Source: Verrucomicrobiota bacterium
GTDB lineage: Bacteria > Verrucomicrobiota > Verrucomicrobiia > Verrucomicrobiales > DEV007
Assembly: GCA_045046875.1 (NCBI GenBank)
Contig: JASFYY010000066.1
Span: forward strand, 1 to 42,823
DNA: 42,823 bases
Direction: 5' to 3'
In this document: positions 19,963 through 29,497 of the stretch, one piece after another
Layout of the letters: every line of letters begins with the position of its first letter
Position numbering within the stretch: the stretch's first letter is position 1
Translations under genes and position numbers: made by a program
Notes under the pieces: model-generated
Told to the model about the DNA's origin: nothing
Databases searched by the model: none
Seen by the model: only the letters and a program-made list of their open reading frames with translations

Positions 19963-22146
19963 GTGAAAAAACTAACGACATTATTTATCGTCGCTGTGCT
20001 GGGACCTAGTTTGGTCCTGGCATGGTTGGCGGTACGCTCGTTGGCGGATCAAGAGATGGTGATGAGGGATCAGGTGGAGCGTCGGGCCCAGGACATGACA
20101 ACCACCGTGGCTCAGGATGTGAACGTATTCATGGATGATGTGCGATTGTTTTATCGTCAACAAGTGGATGATCTGGTGCGGCAGAATGACAATCGCTCCG
20201 ATACCACCTGGCTGCAGGGTTTTGATCAGAGTATTCGTTCCCGTTGGGGTCAAGTCAAAGTGGGTTGCGTGATCGCAGAGGGGGGCAAGCTTTATTCACC
20301 TGAGTCAAAATCACAGGACTTGAGAGTAGAAAATTTTCTCAAGGCTAATAATAATTTTTTTAATAATCGAGCGGTGTGGGAAGTTTACCGAGCTCCGGCG
20401 AGACAGAGCAATGATCTGCTGGCGGTGCAAGCTGAGAGCTCAGATAAGCAGGTGAGCAGCTCTTCATCGTGGAAATTTATCGAATCTGCGGCGAGTTCTC
20501 CTGTGGCGATTCCTTCAATGGAAAAAAAGGGGGCTTCCGCTTTGCCCCCTGGACCTCAGGCCCCGTCACCAACTAAGGCTAAAATGCAAAAGGCTGGTAA
20601 GAAGACTCGTGCGACCAAAACCCAGAACGATGTATCGCCTATGCAGGTGAATGTGGCGCCACAAAATTCCAAACTAAATGTAGCACCGCAAGTTTCCAAA
20701 CTGCGATCCCAAGCGCCTGTTCCCAATCAGTCGGTCGGGATGACTTTGCAACAGCAACAGAAAGCTATGGCTGTTAATAAAGAGGCTCTGATGGATTCGA
20801 TTGCGCTTGCTTCAGCAACAGAGGCCGAGGTGGTGCAGCAAGATGAAAGCTTGGGCCTTGGGAAAAGAAAAGATCTGCTTTCAGTCGAAGGGGTGGCAAA
20901 AAAAGCGGCGCTGAATCAGTTACAGGTATCCGGACAGTTTGCCAATCTTGAAACCGATTCTGGAGTGATGCAGGAAGTGATTGGCAAAGAGAGGGAAGGG
21001 GCGTTAGGGCGTTTTCTGGAAGATGGTTTGCACTTGTATCTTTGGTATCGCCCCCAGGTTTTGGATTCAAAAATTTTCTGGGTGGAGTTGGATTTGAAAG
21101 AAATTCGCCAAGGCGTGCAGGGGATTATCGAGGGCGCGACTTTTGCTGGCAGCGAGGGTTTTTGCTTGGCTTTGCTGGATGATGAAGGTGGCTTGATAGG
21201 AAAAAACCGGGAAAGTTATGAGGGCGACTGGTCGAAGAGTTTAGTGAGTACCGAGGTGGGTTCAATTTTGCCGCGCTGGCAGGTCGCGGCTTATTTGATC
21301 AATCCTAAGGAGCTGATGTTAAGCGCGCGCAACCTGCGTTTGACGATGTTGTTATTGGTGGCGGTATTGATTATCGCGATTGGCATCGGGGGGTGGTTGA
21401 TCATTAAAGTGACGAGCAGGGAGATGTATTTGGCTCGACAGAAAACGGACTTTGTCAGCAATGTGAGTCATGAATTGAGAACCCCATTGACATCGATTCG
21501 CATGTTCTCCGAATTATTGGGGCGGGTTGGCGAGGTGGACGATGCCAAGCGGGTGGAATACGCGGGTATCATTGATAGTGAAACCGGCCGGTTGACCCGT
21601 TTGATCAATCAGTTGTTGGATTTTTCTAAAATGGAGCGAGGTGGCAAACGCTTTGAATTCGAGGCCTTGCCGGTGGTAAGCCTGGTAAGCGAAACGGTGG
21701 AGAACTATCGCCATAGCTTGGAAGCGGACGGGGGCACGTTGATTTTTCATCAAGGGACGGAGACGGAAAACTTGCAGGTTAAAGGGGATAGCGATGCGCT
21801 CTCCCAGATCGTTTTGAATCTGCTGTCGAATGCTGAAAAATACGGAGGGGCATCTCCGGAAATCGAGGTGGAGGTTGAAGCGGTGAGTGCAGAGGCTTCG
21901 ATTGAAATCCGGGTGAAAGATCGAGGGGCTGGCATTGACCGTCGGGAGGTGGCTAAGATTTTTGACAAGTTCTACCGGGTGGATGATTCCCTAGCCAGCG
22001 GTATCGAAGGCTCGGGTTTGGGATTGTCGCTGGCGCGGCAATTAGCGCGGGCGCATGACGGTGAGTTGTCGTATCGCCGTCGCCCGGGTGGGGGCAGTTG
22101 TTTTGTTTTGAGTTTGCCGGTTTTGCAGAGCGTTGAGCAGTGTTGA
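19963..22146 (+). CDS. Membrane sensor histidine kinase (two TM, HisKA + HATPase, no HAMP)
   Basis: Two TM helices; H-box FVSNVSHELRTPLTSI, N-box NLLSNAEKY, DRGAGI, FDKFYR, GSGLGL. Start GTG 19963 preferred over TTG 19933. Confidence 0.93.
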   Translation: MKKLTTLFIVAVLGPSLVLAWLAVRSLADQEMVMRDQVERRAQDMTTTVAQDVNVFMDDVRLFYRQQVDDLVRQNDNRSDTTWLQGFDQSIRSRWGQVKVGCVIAEGGKLYSPESKSQDLRVENFLKANNNFFNNRAVWEVYRAPARQSNDLLAVQAESSDKQVSSSSSWKFIESAASSPVAIPSMEKKGASALPPGPQAPSPTKAKMQKAGKKTRATKTQNDVSPMQVNVAPQNSKLNVAPQVSKLRSQAPVPNQSVGMTLQQQQKAMAVNKEALMDSIALASATEAEVVQQDESLGLGKRKDLLSVEGVAKKAALNQLQVSGQFANLETDSGVMQEVIGKEREGALGRFLEDGLHLYLWYRPQVLDSKIFWVELDLKEIRQGVQGIIEGATFAGSEGFCLALLDDEGGLIGKNRESYEGDWSKSLVSTEVGSILPRWQVAAYLINPKELMLSARNLRLTMLLLVAVLIIAIGIGGWLIIKVTSREMYLARQKTDFVSNVSHELRTPLTSIRMFSELLGRVGEVDDAKRVEYAGIIDSETGRLTRLINQLLDFSKMERGGKRFEFEALPVVSLVSETVENYRHSLEADGGTLIFHQGTETENLQVKGDSDALSQIVLNLLSNAEKYGGASPEIEVEVEAVSAEASIEIRVKDRGAGIDRREVAKIFDKFYRVDDSLASGIEGSGLGLSLARQLARAHDGELSYRRRPGGGSCFVLSLPVLQSVEQC

Positions 22147-22149
22147 GTT

Positions 22150-22869
22150 ATGAAGAATGGGATTAAAATAGTCATTGTTGAAGATGATCCGAGCATTCAA
22201 TTTGGTTTGAAAGAGGTGTTCGCCGGGGAAGGTTATGAGACGGCTGTTTGCGGGCGTGGTGATGAGGCCGAGCAGCTGATTGGAGCGGAGTTGCCTGATT
22301 TGATTATTCTCGACGTGATGTTGCCGGGCAAAAATGGTTACGAGATTTGTAAAAACCTGCGTGAGCGCAAGTGCCGTATTCCGATCCTGATGCTGACTGC
22401 CAAAGGTCAGGAGATCGACAAGGTGGTGGGGCTTGATTGCGGGGCGGATGATTATGTCACCAAACCTTTCGGGGTGCAGGAGTTGGTGGCAAGAGTGAGG
22501 GCTTTGTTGCGTCGCTGTGAGCGGAGCCCGGATGAGGGTGGCGGGGAGAAACAGCCGGCACGGACTTTTAAAGTGGGGCTGGCGGAAATTGATGAAAAGA
22601 AATATGAGATTTATCGGGATGGGGAGAGTGGACGCTTAACACCAAAGGAAATGGAACTGCTGAAGTTTTTTTATCAGCATCGAGGAGAGGTGATGAGCCG
22701 TGATAAAATCCTCGATGCGGTGTGGGGGATTCAATATTACGGCACGACGAGGACATTGGACCAGTGCGTGGCGCAGTTGCGACGTAAGATAGGTGACGCG
22801 GGCAGCTCACCGCAGTATTTGAAGACGGTGCATGGGGTGGGCTATTGTTTGGAAGAGGGAGAGGATTGA
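22150..22869 (+). CDS. OmpR/PhoB family response regulator
   Basis: IVEDD, LDVMLPG, MLTAK, GADDYVTKPF receiver; winged helix LTPKE..LL, RTLDQCVAQLRRKI, TVHGVGY. Confidence 0.96.
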   Translation: MKNGIKIVIVEDDPSIQFGLKEVFAGEGYETAVCGRGDEAEQLIGAELPDLIILDVMLPGKNGYEICKNLRERKCRIPILMLTAKGQEIDKVVGLDCGADDYVTKPFGVQELVARVRALLRRCERSPDEGGGEKQPARTFKVGLAEIDEKKYEIYRDGESGRLTPKEMELLKFFYQHRGEVMSRDKILDAVWGIQYYGTTRTLDQCVAQLRRKIGDAGSSPQYLKTVHGVGYCLEEGED

Positions 22870-22914
22870 CCGCGGATGGCGCGGAACCTCCTACGCCGAG
22901 GCTTCGGCGGTCAA
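22866..22914 (+). repeat. Composite palindromic element after the response regulator (possible REP or terminator)
   Basis: TTGACCGC...GCGGTCAA outer inverted repeat, competing hairpin CGCCGA-GGCT-TCGGCG, and ACCGCGGATGGCGCGGA dyad. Confidence 0.55.
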
Positions 22915-23105
22915 GTGGGGGAGGGTTGATTGGCGAATCAAAATGTAATGAAGATTGAGGAGGGGGAGATGAGGGGCTCACGCAGAGGAGAGATAGGACT
23001 GGATGTGGGACGCAATGGTATTGCGTGGCGGTGGGGGGTAGCTGTTTGTTTTTCACAAGCTTTGTTAGAGCTGCGTGGACAGATTTGGAAATCTATCCTA
23101 CGGGG

Positions 23106-23150
23106 AGAGGGCTTCGCCGGACAGGAATGTCCGCCCTCCTGTGAGATAAC
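23106..23150 (+). repeat. 45-bp direct repeat, copy 1 (REP-like core CGGACAGGAATGTCCG)
   Basis: 43/45 identical to 23582-23626. Confidence 0.92.
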
Positions 23151-23219
23151 AATGTATTGACTTATTTTAAAGGCAATGAGTGTTTGATTGCTGGGGGTTT
23201 TGTGTTGACCTAGAATCAT

Positions 23220-23570
23220 ATGAATGCAATCAAGGTAATAATTCCTTATCGATGGGAGGGAATGTGGGTGTTTGATGATGCCAAGGTGGATCTCGACAAG
23301 GAGCCTTTTGTTTCCGGGGCAGACGATATCATTGATCTGTTAGTTGCTGATATCCCGGACGCTGCAGACGGCTTTCGCTTGATCTTTTCATCGACGCCTT
23401 TCCCTGGGTTTCAGGTTGAGTTTGAATGGCAGCGTGAAGAGCATGGGGGGAATTGGTACCACATCGCTTCGCTTGATAAAGAAGGCTGGTTGTGTCCGGC
23501 TTTGTTCAAGTATTTTGACGAGGCACCAAAAAGCATATTTGCGAAGGTGGAACCACGCGATAAAGGGTGA
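23220..23570 (+). CDS. DUF6717-like small protein
   Basis: PY.W.G.WVFDD...L.KEPFVSGAD.IID, GF.LIFS..PFPG, GGNWY, GWLCPALFKYF..AP match my recollection of this family. Confidence 0.8.
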   Translation: MNAIKVIIPYRWEGMWVFDDAKVDLDKEPFVSGADDIIDLLVADIPDAADGFRLIFSSTPFPGFQVEFEWQREEHGGNWYHIASLDKEGWLCPALFKYFDEAPKSIFAKVEPRDKG

Positions 23571-23581
23571 TGTTGGAGGTT

Positions 23582-23626
23582 AGAGGGCTTCGCCGGACAG
23601 GAATGTCCGCCTTCCTGTGGGATAAC
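23582..23626 (+). repeat. 45-bp direct repeat, copy 2
   Basis: AGAGGGCTTCGCCGGACAGGAATGTCCGCCTTCCTGTGGGATAAC, two mismatches to copy 1. Confidence 0.92.
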
Positions 23627-23633
23627 CGGAGGG

Positions 23634-25049
23634 TTAGGCGATGAGTTCGTTGATTGGGAGGCCGCCGAATTGGGAGAGTTGTTTGTAGCGACCGCCGTGG
23701 TAGAAGGTGAGTTTGTTGTCGTCGAGTCCCATCAGTTTTAGCAGGGTCACGTGTAGGTCGCGCACGTGATGAACGGTGTCGACGGCTTCGCTGCCGGTTT
23801 CATCGGTGGCACCGATGGTGTGTCCGGCTTTGACTCCGCCGCCGGCCATCCAGACGGTCATCGCTTTGGGGTTGTGGTCGCGGCCGTAGGAGGTGCCGCC
23901 GCCGCGCAGACCGTTGTCGGGGGTGCGGCCGAATTCACCGCACCAGACGATGAGGGTTTCGTCGAGCATGCCACGGTTTTTGAGATCTTTGACCAGCGCG
24001 GCGATCGGTTGATCGACGGAGCGGATCAGTTTGCCGTGGGATTTTTTGATGAAGTTATGGGAGTCCCAGTTGCCGGCATAGAGTTGGACAAAACGCACGC
24101 CTCTTTCGACCAGGCGACGGGCGAGCAGGCATTTGCGTCCGACTTCATCGCTGTGGGATTGACCGATGCCATAAAGGTCCTTGGTGCTCTGGTCTTCACC
24201 TTCGATGTCGAGGATGCCGGGCACTTCCATCTGCATGCGGAAGGCTAGTTCGTAACTTGCCATGCGAGCTTTGAGCTCTTCATGTTGCGGGTGCGATTTG
24301 GCGTGGTTGAGATTGAGCTGGCTGAGTAGCTTCAGGTTGTGCTGTTGATGGTCGCGGGTGATGCCTGCAGGTGGTTTGAGGTCGAGGATGGGCATGCCCT
24401 TGGGGCGCAGGGGGGTGCCTTGAAAAGACGCGGGCAGGAAGCCGTTGCCCCAGTTCGAAGGGCCACCCTGGGGGTGATTGCTTTCGGGCAGGACAATGAA
24501 TCCGGGTAGGTTTTGGTTTTGTGAGCCGAGGCCGTAAGTGATCCAGGAACCCATCGCGGGATCACCACTGAAGCGGCTGCCGCTGTTCATTTGATACATC
24601 GCGGTGGGGTGGTTGACCGAGTCCACCTGGCATCCTCGATAGAAACAAAGGTCGTCGGCGACGGTGGCGAGATTTTCCCATAGACTGCACATATCGGCAC
24701 CAGATTGTCCGGCTTTGATGAAGTCAAAAGGGCTCTGCACATAGTAACGTTTGCCGCTGGCCATCGCCGAGAGCATTTTGTCATCGCGGACAAACTCCTT
24801 GGCGTGCAGCTGTTGTAATTTGGGCTTGGGGTCGAAGGTGTCGATGTGAGAGGGGCCGCCTTCCATCATCAGAAAAATGCAGGACTTGGCTTTGGCAATG
24901 AACGATCCGGGGCTGGGAAGAGCGTTGTGTTGTTTGCCCGTAGCCAGACCGGTGCCGGCAAGCAGGTCGGTCAAGGCAATGCTGCCCAGGCCGGTTCCGA
25001 GTTGGTAGAGGAAGTCTCTGCGTCCAGTGGATGATGAAAACTTTTTCAT
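23634..25049 (-). CDS. DUF1501 domain protein (Tat-exported, sulfatase-like fold)
   Basis: Tat motif GRRDFL; CIFLMMEGGPSHIDTFDPKP, LLARRLVERGVRFVQ, WDSH, GEFGRTP, GRDHNP. Start moved to ATG 25049. Confidence 0.92.
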   Translation of the reverse strand: MKKFSSSTGRRDFLYQLGTGLGSIALTDLLAGTGLATGKQHNALPSPGSFIAKAKSCIFLMMEGGPSHIDTFDPKPKLQQLHAKEFVRDDKMLSAMASGKRYYVQSPFDFIKAGQSGADMCSLWENLATVADDLCFYRGCQVDSVNHPTAMYQMNSGSRFSGDPAMGSWITYGLGSQNQNLPGFIVLPESNHPQGGPSNWGNGFLPASFQGTPLRPKGMPILDLKPPAGITRDHQQHNLKLLSQLNLNHAKSHPQHEELKARMASYELAFRMQMEVPGILDIEGEDQSTKDLYGIGQSHSDEVGRKCLLARRLVERGVRFVQLYAGNWDSHNFIKKSHGKLIRSVDQPIAALVKDLKNRGMLDETLIVWCGEFGRTPDNGLRGGGTSYGRDHNPKAMTVWMAGGGVKAGHTIGATDETGSEAVDTVHHVRDLHVTLLKLMGLDDNKLTFYHGGRYKQLSQFGGLPINELIA

Positions 25050-25069
25050 AGTGATCGTGGGTAGGATGC

Positions 25070-27865
25070 TTAGTAAATATAGACAAATTCGTTGGAATTG
25101 AACAGCACTAGGCAAATGTCGGCCAGCGCGCGGGTTTTGATGTCGACATCACCGGCTTGCAGATCGGGCACGTAATCGGCGTAGGTTTCCAGACGCTCGA
25201 TGTATTGATAACCTTCACCGGTGTTTTCTTCTTTGGCGCTTTGCAGGATTTCGAGCGGCACTTTGCGAGTGGCAATTTTCATGGTGGCGTGTTTTTTTTC
25301 TCCGGCTTGCCAATGTTTCAGACAGGCGGCGATTTCCTCACTTGTTGGTGGGCGGCCGTAAACCCGTTGGAAGGCATTGCTGATGGCGCTTTTGCGGTCA
25401 GGATTTTTCTGTAACAGGCTGTGGGCAAAGGACAGTGAGCGGTCATAACTCTCTTCGCTGTTGAACAAGCTGAACACCTGAGGGGTAACCGTCGAGCTGT
25501 CGCGTCGTTCGCAGGATTGATTGGGGCCGGGTTGGTTGAAGGTTTCCATGAAGGGATCGCGCAGGCCCCGGATGACCTTGGCGTAAACCGAGCGCCGGTT
25601 GCGTTGTTCGGGTTTTGGATTGGGTTGATAAGAGGGGGCGAGCGTTCCCATGACCAAACGGGGTTGCAGAGCGGCTTCGATGTTGATGTCGGGACGGACG
25701 GGGATGCCGCCCATTTCCGGGTTCAGTTCTCCCGAGCAGGCGAGCATGCTGTCACGGAGCTCTTCGGCGGACAAACGGCGCTGTTTAAATCTTGAGTAGA
25801 GGGTATCATTGGGGTCTTTTTTGTCGAGCACCTGTGGATCCGGGTGTTGGGACGAGCGACGATAGGCGTCCGAATTCATGATCAGGCGATGCAGCGCTTT
25901 GATCGACCACTTTTTCTCGACCAATTGGGTGGCCAGCCAATCCAGTAGCTCGGGATGGGTGGGTTTTTTTCCGGTGGCGCCGAAGTTGTTCGGATTGCCC
26001 GCCAGTCCATCTCCGAAGTGTCCTTGCCAAATGCGGTTGACCATCACCCGGGCGGTCAGGCTGTTGTGCGGACTGGCGATCCAGTTGGCCAGATCACGTC
26101 GCCGCCCGCTGGGTTTTGTGGTGATTTTTTGATCGGTATCGCCATCAAAATGCACTGCGCTCAGCACACCGGGATCAACTTTGGTGGTAGGAGCGAACGG
26201 GTCGCCGCCACCGAGAATACTGGTGGTTTCGAGTTTGCCTGTCTGCATCGGTTGACGGGGCATTTGCATGCGGTTTTGCACATTTTTTTGATAGACCGTG
26301 CCACCGCTGAAGGTGGAAAAAGCGATGGATTTGTAACGATCCAGCTCCCACTGAAAGCGCCGCTTGTTTTTATTGGCGGTGCGCATCCTTCCAATTTGCG
26401 CGCCGCTCAGACCGACCCATTGCGGAGGGGTTTGCTCGGCGGGCAGTTTTTGTTTCTGGGCTTGTGAGCGCGAGCGGTATTTGATGCCGCGTTTTTTACA
26501 CCATTGTTTTGCACCAGCGACCGTGAGTTCGCTGAGTTCTTGCAGGTCTTTGGCATTTTGTTTGATTCGTTTGCGCAAATAGGATTCATCTTCTTTCATG
26601 CCGTTGAGGTTTTCCCCAGCGAGAAAGTCTGCCTGCCTGTCACCAAATTGGGTGGTGGCAAATACCGCCTGCATTTGGTAATAATCCTTGGTTGGTATGG
26701 GATCAAACTTGTGGTCATGGCATTGCGCACAACGCAGGGTGTGACCGAGAAACACCTGGCCAACGGTATTGGTGACATCATCGAGGAAGGCCTGGCGGGT
26801 GAGTTTGGCCACACTCATGGCGGTCTGCTCCCAGGGACCCATTCTGAGGAATCCGGTGGCGATCAACTTTTCGCTATCACTGGGATCCATTTCGTCTCCG
26901 GCGAGTTGTTCACGGATGAACTGATCGTAGGCTTTGTCCTGATTAAAAGAGCGGATCACATAATCGCGGTAGCGCCAGGCGTTGGGGCGTTCGTAGTCAT
27001 TGGCAAATCCCGCGGAATCGGCATAACGAACAGTATCAAGCCAGTGTCGCCCCCATTGTTCGCCATAGTGAGGGCTGGCGAGCAGGCGGTCCACCAGGTG
27101 GGCGAAGGCTTGTTTGTCGGTGCCGGGATCTTTGATGAACTGATTGATTTGCTGCGGCTCGGGGGGCAGTCCGGTCAGGTCGAAGCTGGCTCTGCGGATC
27201 AAGGTGCGACGATCGGCGGCAGGCGCGGCGGTCAACTTCGCTGTCGCTAATTTTCGATTAATAAAGGCGTCGATAGGATTGGCTTGTTGGCGATTTTTTG
27301 CCGGGATGAACTCCCTCGGCACTTTTGTTTTTTTGACTTTTTGATAAGCCCAGAGATTTTTTCTTTCATAGCGACGGTTGGTCCATTCCTCTCCGAGTCC
27401 GCCACTGGTCAGCACCTTGATACCCGGAGCATAAGTTTCGTAGATGGCGGCGACTTTTTGATCGTCCGGCCAGGGAGCGCCGAGTTTGATCCATTTCTCG
27501 AGCGCGTCGATTTGTTTTTTGCTAAGGCGGTCATTTTCCTTGGGAGGCATCTCCATGTCCTCATCCAGCCATTTCACCGCAGTCAACATGGTGCTGGTTT
27601 TGGAGTCACCGGGTACCAGCACCTGATCAGATTCCTCGCCGCCTTTGAGTGTGCCCGCGAGGGTCGTCAGATCAAGATCGCCTTTGATTTTTTTGCGATC
27701 ATCGCCGTGGCAGCCAAAACATTTTTCGACCAGCATGGGTTTGACGCTCAGGGCAAAAAGGCGTTGGGCTTCATTGGCTTGCACTTCCGCCTGGCAATCG
27801 AGCAAAGCCAAGCCTGTGACGGCAAAAATAGAAAGACTGAGGGTGAGTTTGTAGAAGGTTTTCAA
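25070..27865 (-). CDS. Planctomycete cytochrome c / DUF1549 / DUF1553 (PSD1) protein
   Basis: Heme motifs CFGCH and CAQCHDHK; NPIDAFI, SPHYGEQWGRHWLD, RVMVNRIWQGHFG, PTHPELLDWLA; C-terminal NSNEFVYIY. Confidence 0.93.
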   Translation of the reverse strand: MKTFYKLTLSLSIFAVTGLALLDCQAEVQANEAQRLFALSVKPMLVEKCFGCHGDDRKKIKGDLDLTTLAGTLKGGEESDQVLVPGDSKTSTMLTAVKWLDEDMEMPPKENDRLSKKQIDALEKWIKLGAPWPDDQKVAAIYETYAPGIKVLTSGGLGEEWTNRRYERKNLWAYQKVKKTKVPREFIPAKNRQQANPIDAFINRKLATAKLTAAPAADRRTLIRRASFDLTGLPPEPQQINQFIKDPGTDKQAFAHLVDRLLASPHYGEQWGRHWLDTVRYADSAGFANDYERPNAWRYRDYVIRSFNQDKAYDQFIREQLAGDEMDPSDSEKLIATGFLRMGPWEQTAMSVAKLTRQAFLDDVTNTVGQVFLGHTLRCAQCHDHKFDPIPTKDYYQMQAVFATTQFGDRQADFLAGENLNGMKEDESYLRKRIKQNAKDLQELSELTVAGAKQWCKKRGIKYRSRSQAQKQKLPAEQTPPQWVGLSGAQIGRMRTANKNKRRFQWELDRYKSIAFSTFSGGTVYQKNVQNRMQMPRQPMQTGKLETTSILGGGDPFAPTTKVDPGVLSAVHFDGDTDQKITTKPSGRRRDLANWIASPHNSLTARVMVNRIWQGHFGDGLAGNPNNFGATGKKPTHPELLDWLATQLVEKKWSIKALHRLIMNSDAYRRSSQHPDPQVLDKKDPNDTLYSRFKQRRLSAEELRDSMLACSGELNPEMGGIPVRPDINIEAALQPRLVMGTLAPSYQPNPKPEQRNRRSVYAKVIRGLRDPFMETFNQPGPNQSCERRDSSTVTPQVFSLFNSEESYDRSLSFAHSLLQKNPDRKSAISNAFQRVYGRPPTSEEIAACLKHWQAGEKKHATMKIATRKVPLEILQSAKEENTGEGYQYIERLETYADYVPDLQAGDVDIKTRALADICLVLFNSNEFVYIY

Positions 27866-27880
27866 AGTTACTCTGAGGGG

Positions 27881-29497
27881 TTAGGGTTTACCCTTGTGAT
27901 ACATCTCGGATATTTTTTCTGCCGACAGGGCTGCGGAGAAAATAGCGAATTCATCAATCGCGCCGTTTAAATTACGGATGGCGAACCACGGGTCGTCTGC
28001 TTTTAAAGGCAGCCCCCAGTTGCCGATTTCACCCGCTCCGATGCGCGTGGTGTGAAGCTGTTTTCCTTTGGTTATTTTTTCATGACTGACAGCGCTTCCG
28101 TTGACATAATGGGTGATGCTCTGCTCTTCGGCATCAAACACAGAGGTGAGATGTATCCATTGGCCGCTCATGGATTTATCCCATATAGGAGGGGCGAAGT
28201 AAGTGTGATTGCCTCCTTTTTTTCCTTCTGCGTGCATCAGTGAGAGCATCAATCTTCCGTCGTGTTTGATCTGCCAGTGGGCTTCACCCGTTTGAAAGTT
28301 GTCTGATAAAAACAGGGCGTTGTATTGGCGATCCAGGCTGTCGATGCGGGCCCAGCAAGCAAAGCTCAGTGAGGTGAATTCGCCAGGTATGAAAACCCGG
28401 GTGCGGCTGCCGGTGGGTTTGAACTCCAAAGCGTGTTTGTGTTTTGGCCAACGCCCTTCCACTCTGCGTGCTCCCACGATCGCTCCGTCATATTCGGAAC
28501 CACTGCTGGCGACATTCTTAAGCGTCCGGTTCCACGTGCTGGTCTGATCAAAGGTGTAATAGGCGATCAAGCTGGGATCTTTGCGTAGGTTTAGGCTGTG
28601 TTTTTTCCATCTTTCAAAATGGGATTGGCCGGACAGATCAAAACGATCGTCTAAATCGGCAAGGGAAATAAAAGAGCCGGGTTCCGGAGCACTGGTGGTC
28701 GGTAGGCGGCTAGCGAGTTCGAATCCCTGACCAGTGGTGAAGGATTGGACTTGCTGCTCTTTTTGATGCACTTCGATTTCACCTTCGAAGACATGCACCT
28801 GGGATTTGTCATCACTGATATCGACGGCGAAGTCGGTGCCGAGATCAACGATATCTCCCTTGGGGGTGCGCAAAATAAAACCGCGCGCGGCGGGTGGTAC
28901 ATGGGCGCGGACTTTGCCGGATAGGCAGCGCGCTTCGCTGGTGGATACGATTTCCAGATCGCTCTGTCCTTGAATGATAACCGTCGCGCCACTGAAAAAC
29001 TCGACTTGAGCCAGTCCGGATTTCAGCCGCAGGTGCCCGGAAGGGAGGATTTGGCCTTCACGGTGCTCAAGGTTTTCGTCTTGCCACTCCGCATCGATCA
29101 TGCGGGTGAGGATGGCAAAACCCTGATGCAGGGTTTCTTCTTTAGTGCTTGCTGTTGGGTTAGTCGGGCCAGGTTGGGATGATTGTACCCACCAGACCAA
29201 AAAACCCGCCACCAGTGATGCAGCCAAGGGCAGGGTCAGGTTTTGAAAAAAAGTGCTACGTTTATTTTTTGAGGGAGCTGGATCCTGTATCGCCGTCTGC
29301 CAGAATGCGTTGTCGTTTGCCAATTGCTCACCTTCGATTTGCTCGTAGAGCGCGGCATCCAGATTTAGATGACGGAGGAACTCCTTGCGCGCGTCAGCGT
29401 CTGTTTTGAGGATTTGCTGGAGTTGTTCAAACTCAGCATCCGATAACTGGCGATTGATGTATTTTTCAATCAGGGAATGTAGCGGCTCCTCTTTCAT
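27881..29497 (-). CDS. FecR-like anti-sigma factor with C-terminal LamG/concanavalin-like domain
   Basis: N-terminal anti-sigma helix bundle, one TM helix, FecR-like (TPKGDIVDLGTDFAV, VHVFEGEI), LamG-like (LIAYYTFD, GQWIHL, GAIDEFAIFSAALS); ATGA overlap with the sigma gene. Confidence 0.85.
   Translation of the reverse strand: MKEEPLHSLIEKYINRQLSDAEFEQLQQILKTDADARKEFLRHLNLDAALYEQIEGEQLANDNAFWQTAIQDPAPSKNKRSTFFQNLTLPLAASLVAGFLVWWVQSSQPGPTNPTASTKEETLHQGFAILTRMIDAEWQDENLEHREGQILPSGHLRLKSGLAQVEFFSGATVIIQGQSDLEIVSTSEARCLSGKVRAHVPPAARGFILRTPKGDIVDLGTDFAVDISDDKSQVHVFEGEIEVHQKEQQVQSFTTGQGFELASRLPTTSAPEPGSFISLADLDDRFDLSGQSHFERWKKHSLNLRKDPSLIAYYTFDQTSTWNRTLKNVASSGSEYDGAIVGARRVEGRWPKHKHALEFKPTGSRTRVFIPGEFTSLSFACWARIDSLDRQYNALFLSDNFQTGEAHWQIKHDGRLMLSLMHAEGKKGGNHTYFAPPIWDKSMSGQWIHLTSVFDAEEQSITHYVNGSAVSHEKITKGKQLHTTRIGAGEIGNWGLPLKADDPWFAIRNLNGAIDEFAIFSAALSAEKISEMYHKGKP

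Noticed and set aside
22930..23219. Short ORFs 22930-23160 and 22938-23219
   Set aside because: Run through repeat sequence, with weak starts and no recognisable motifs.
23106..23626. Direct repeats as a CRISPR array or integron attC sites
   Set aside because: Only two copies, 431 bp apart and enclosing a gene; no cas or intI gene. The nearby GTTAGGC is the reverse complement of the DUF1501 stop region.
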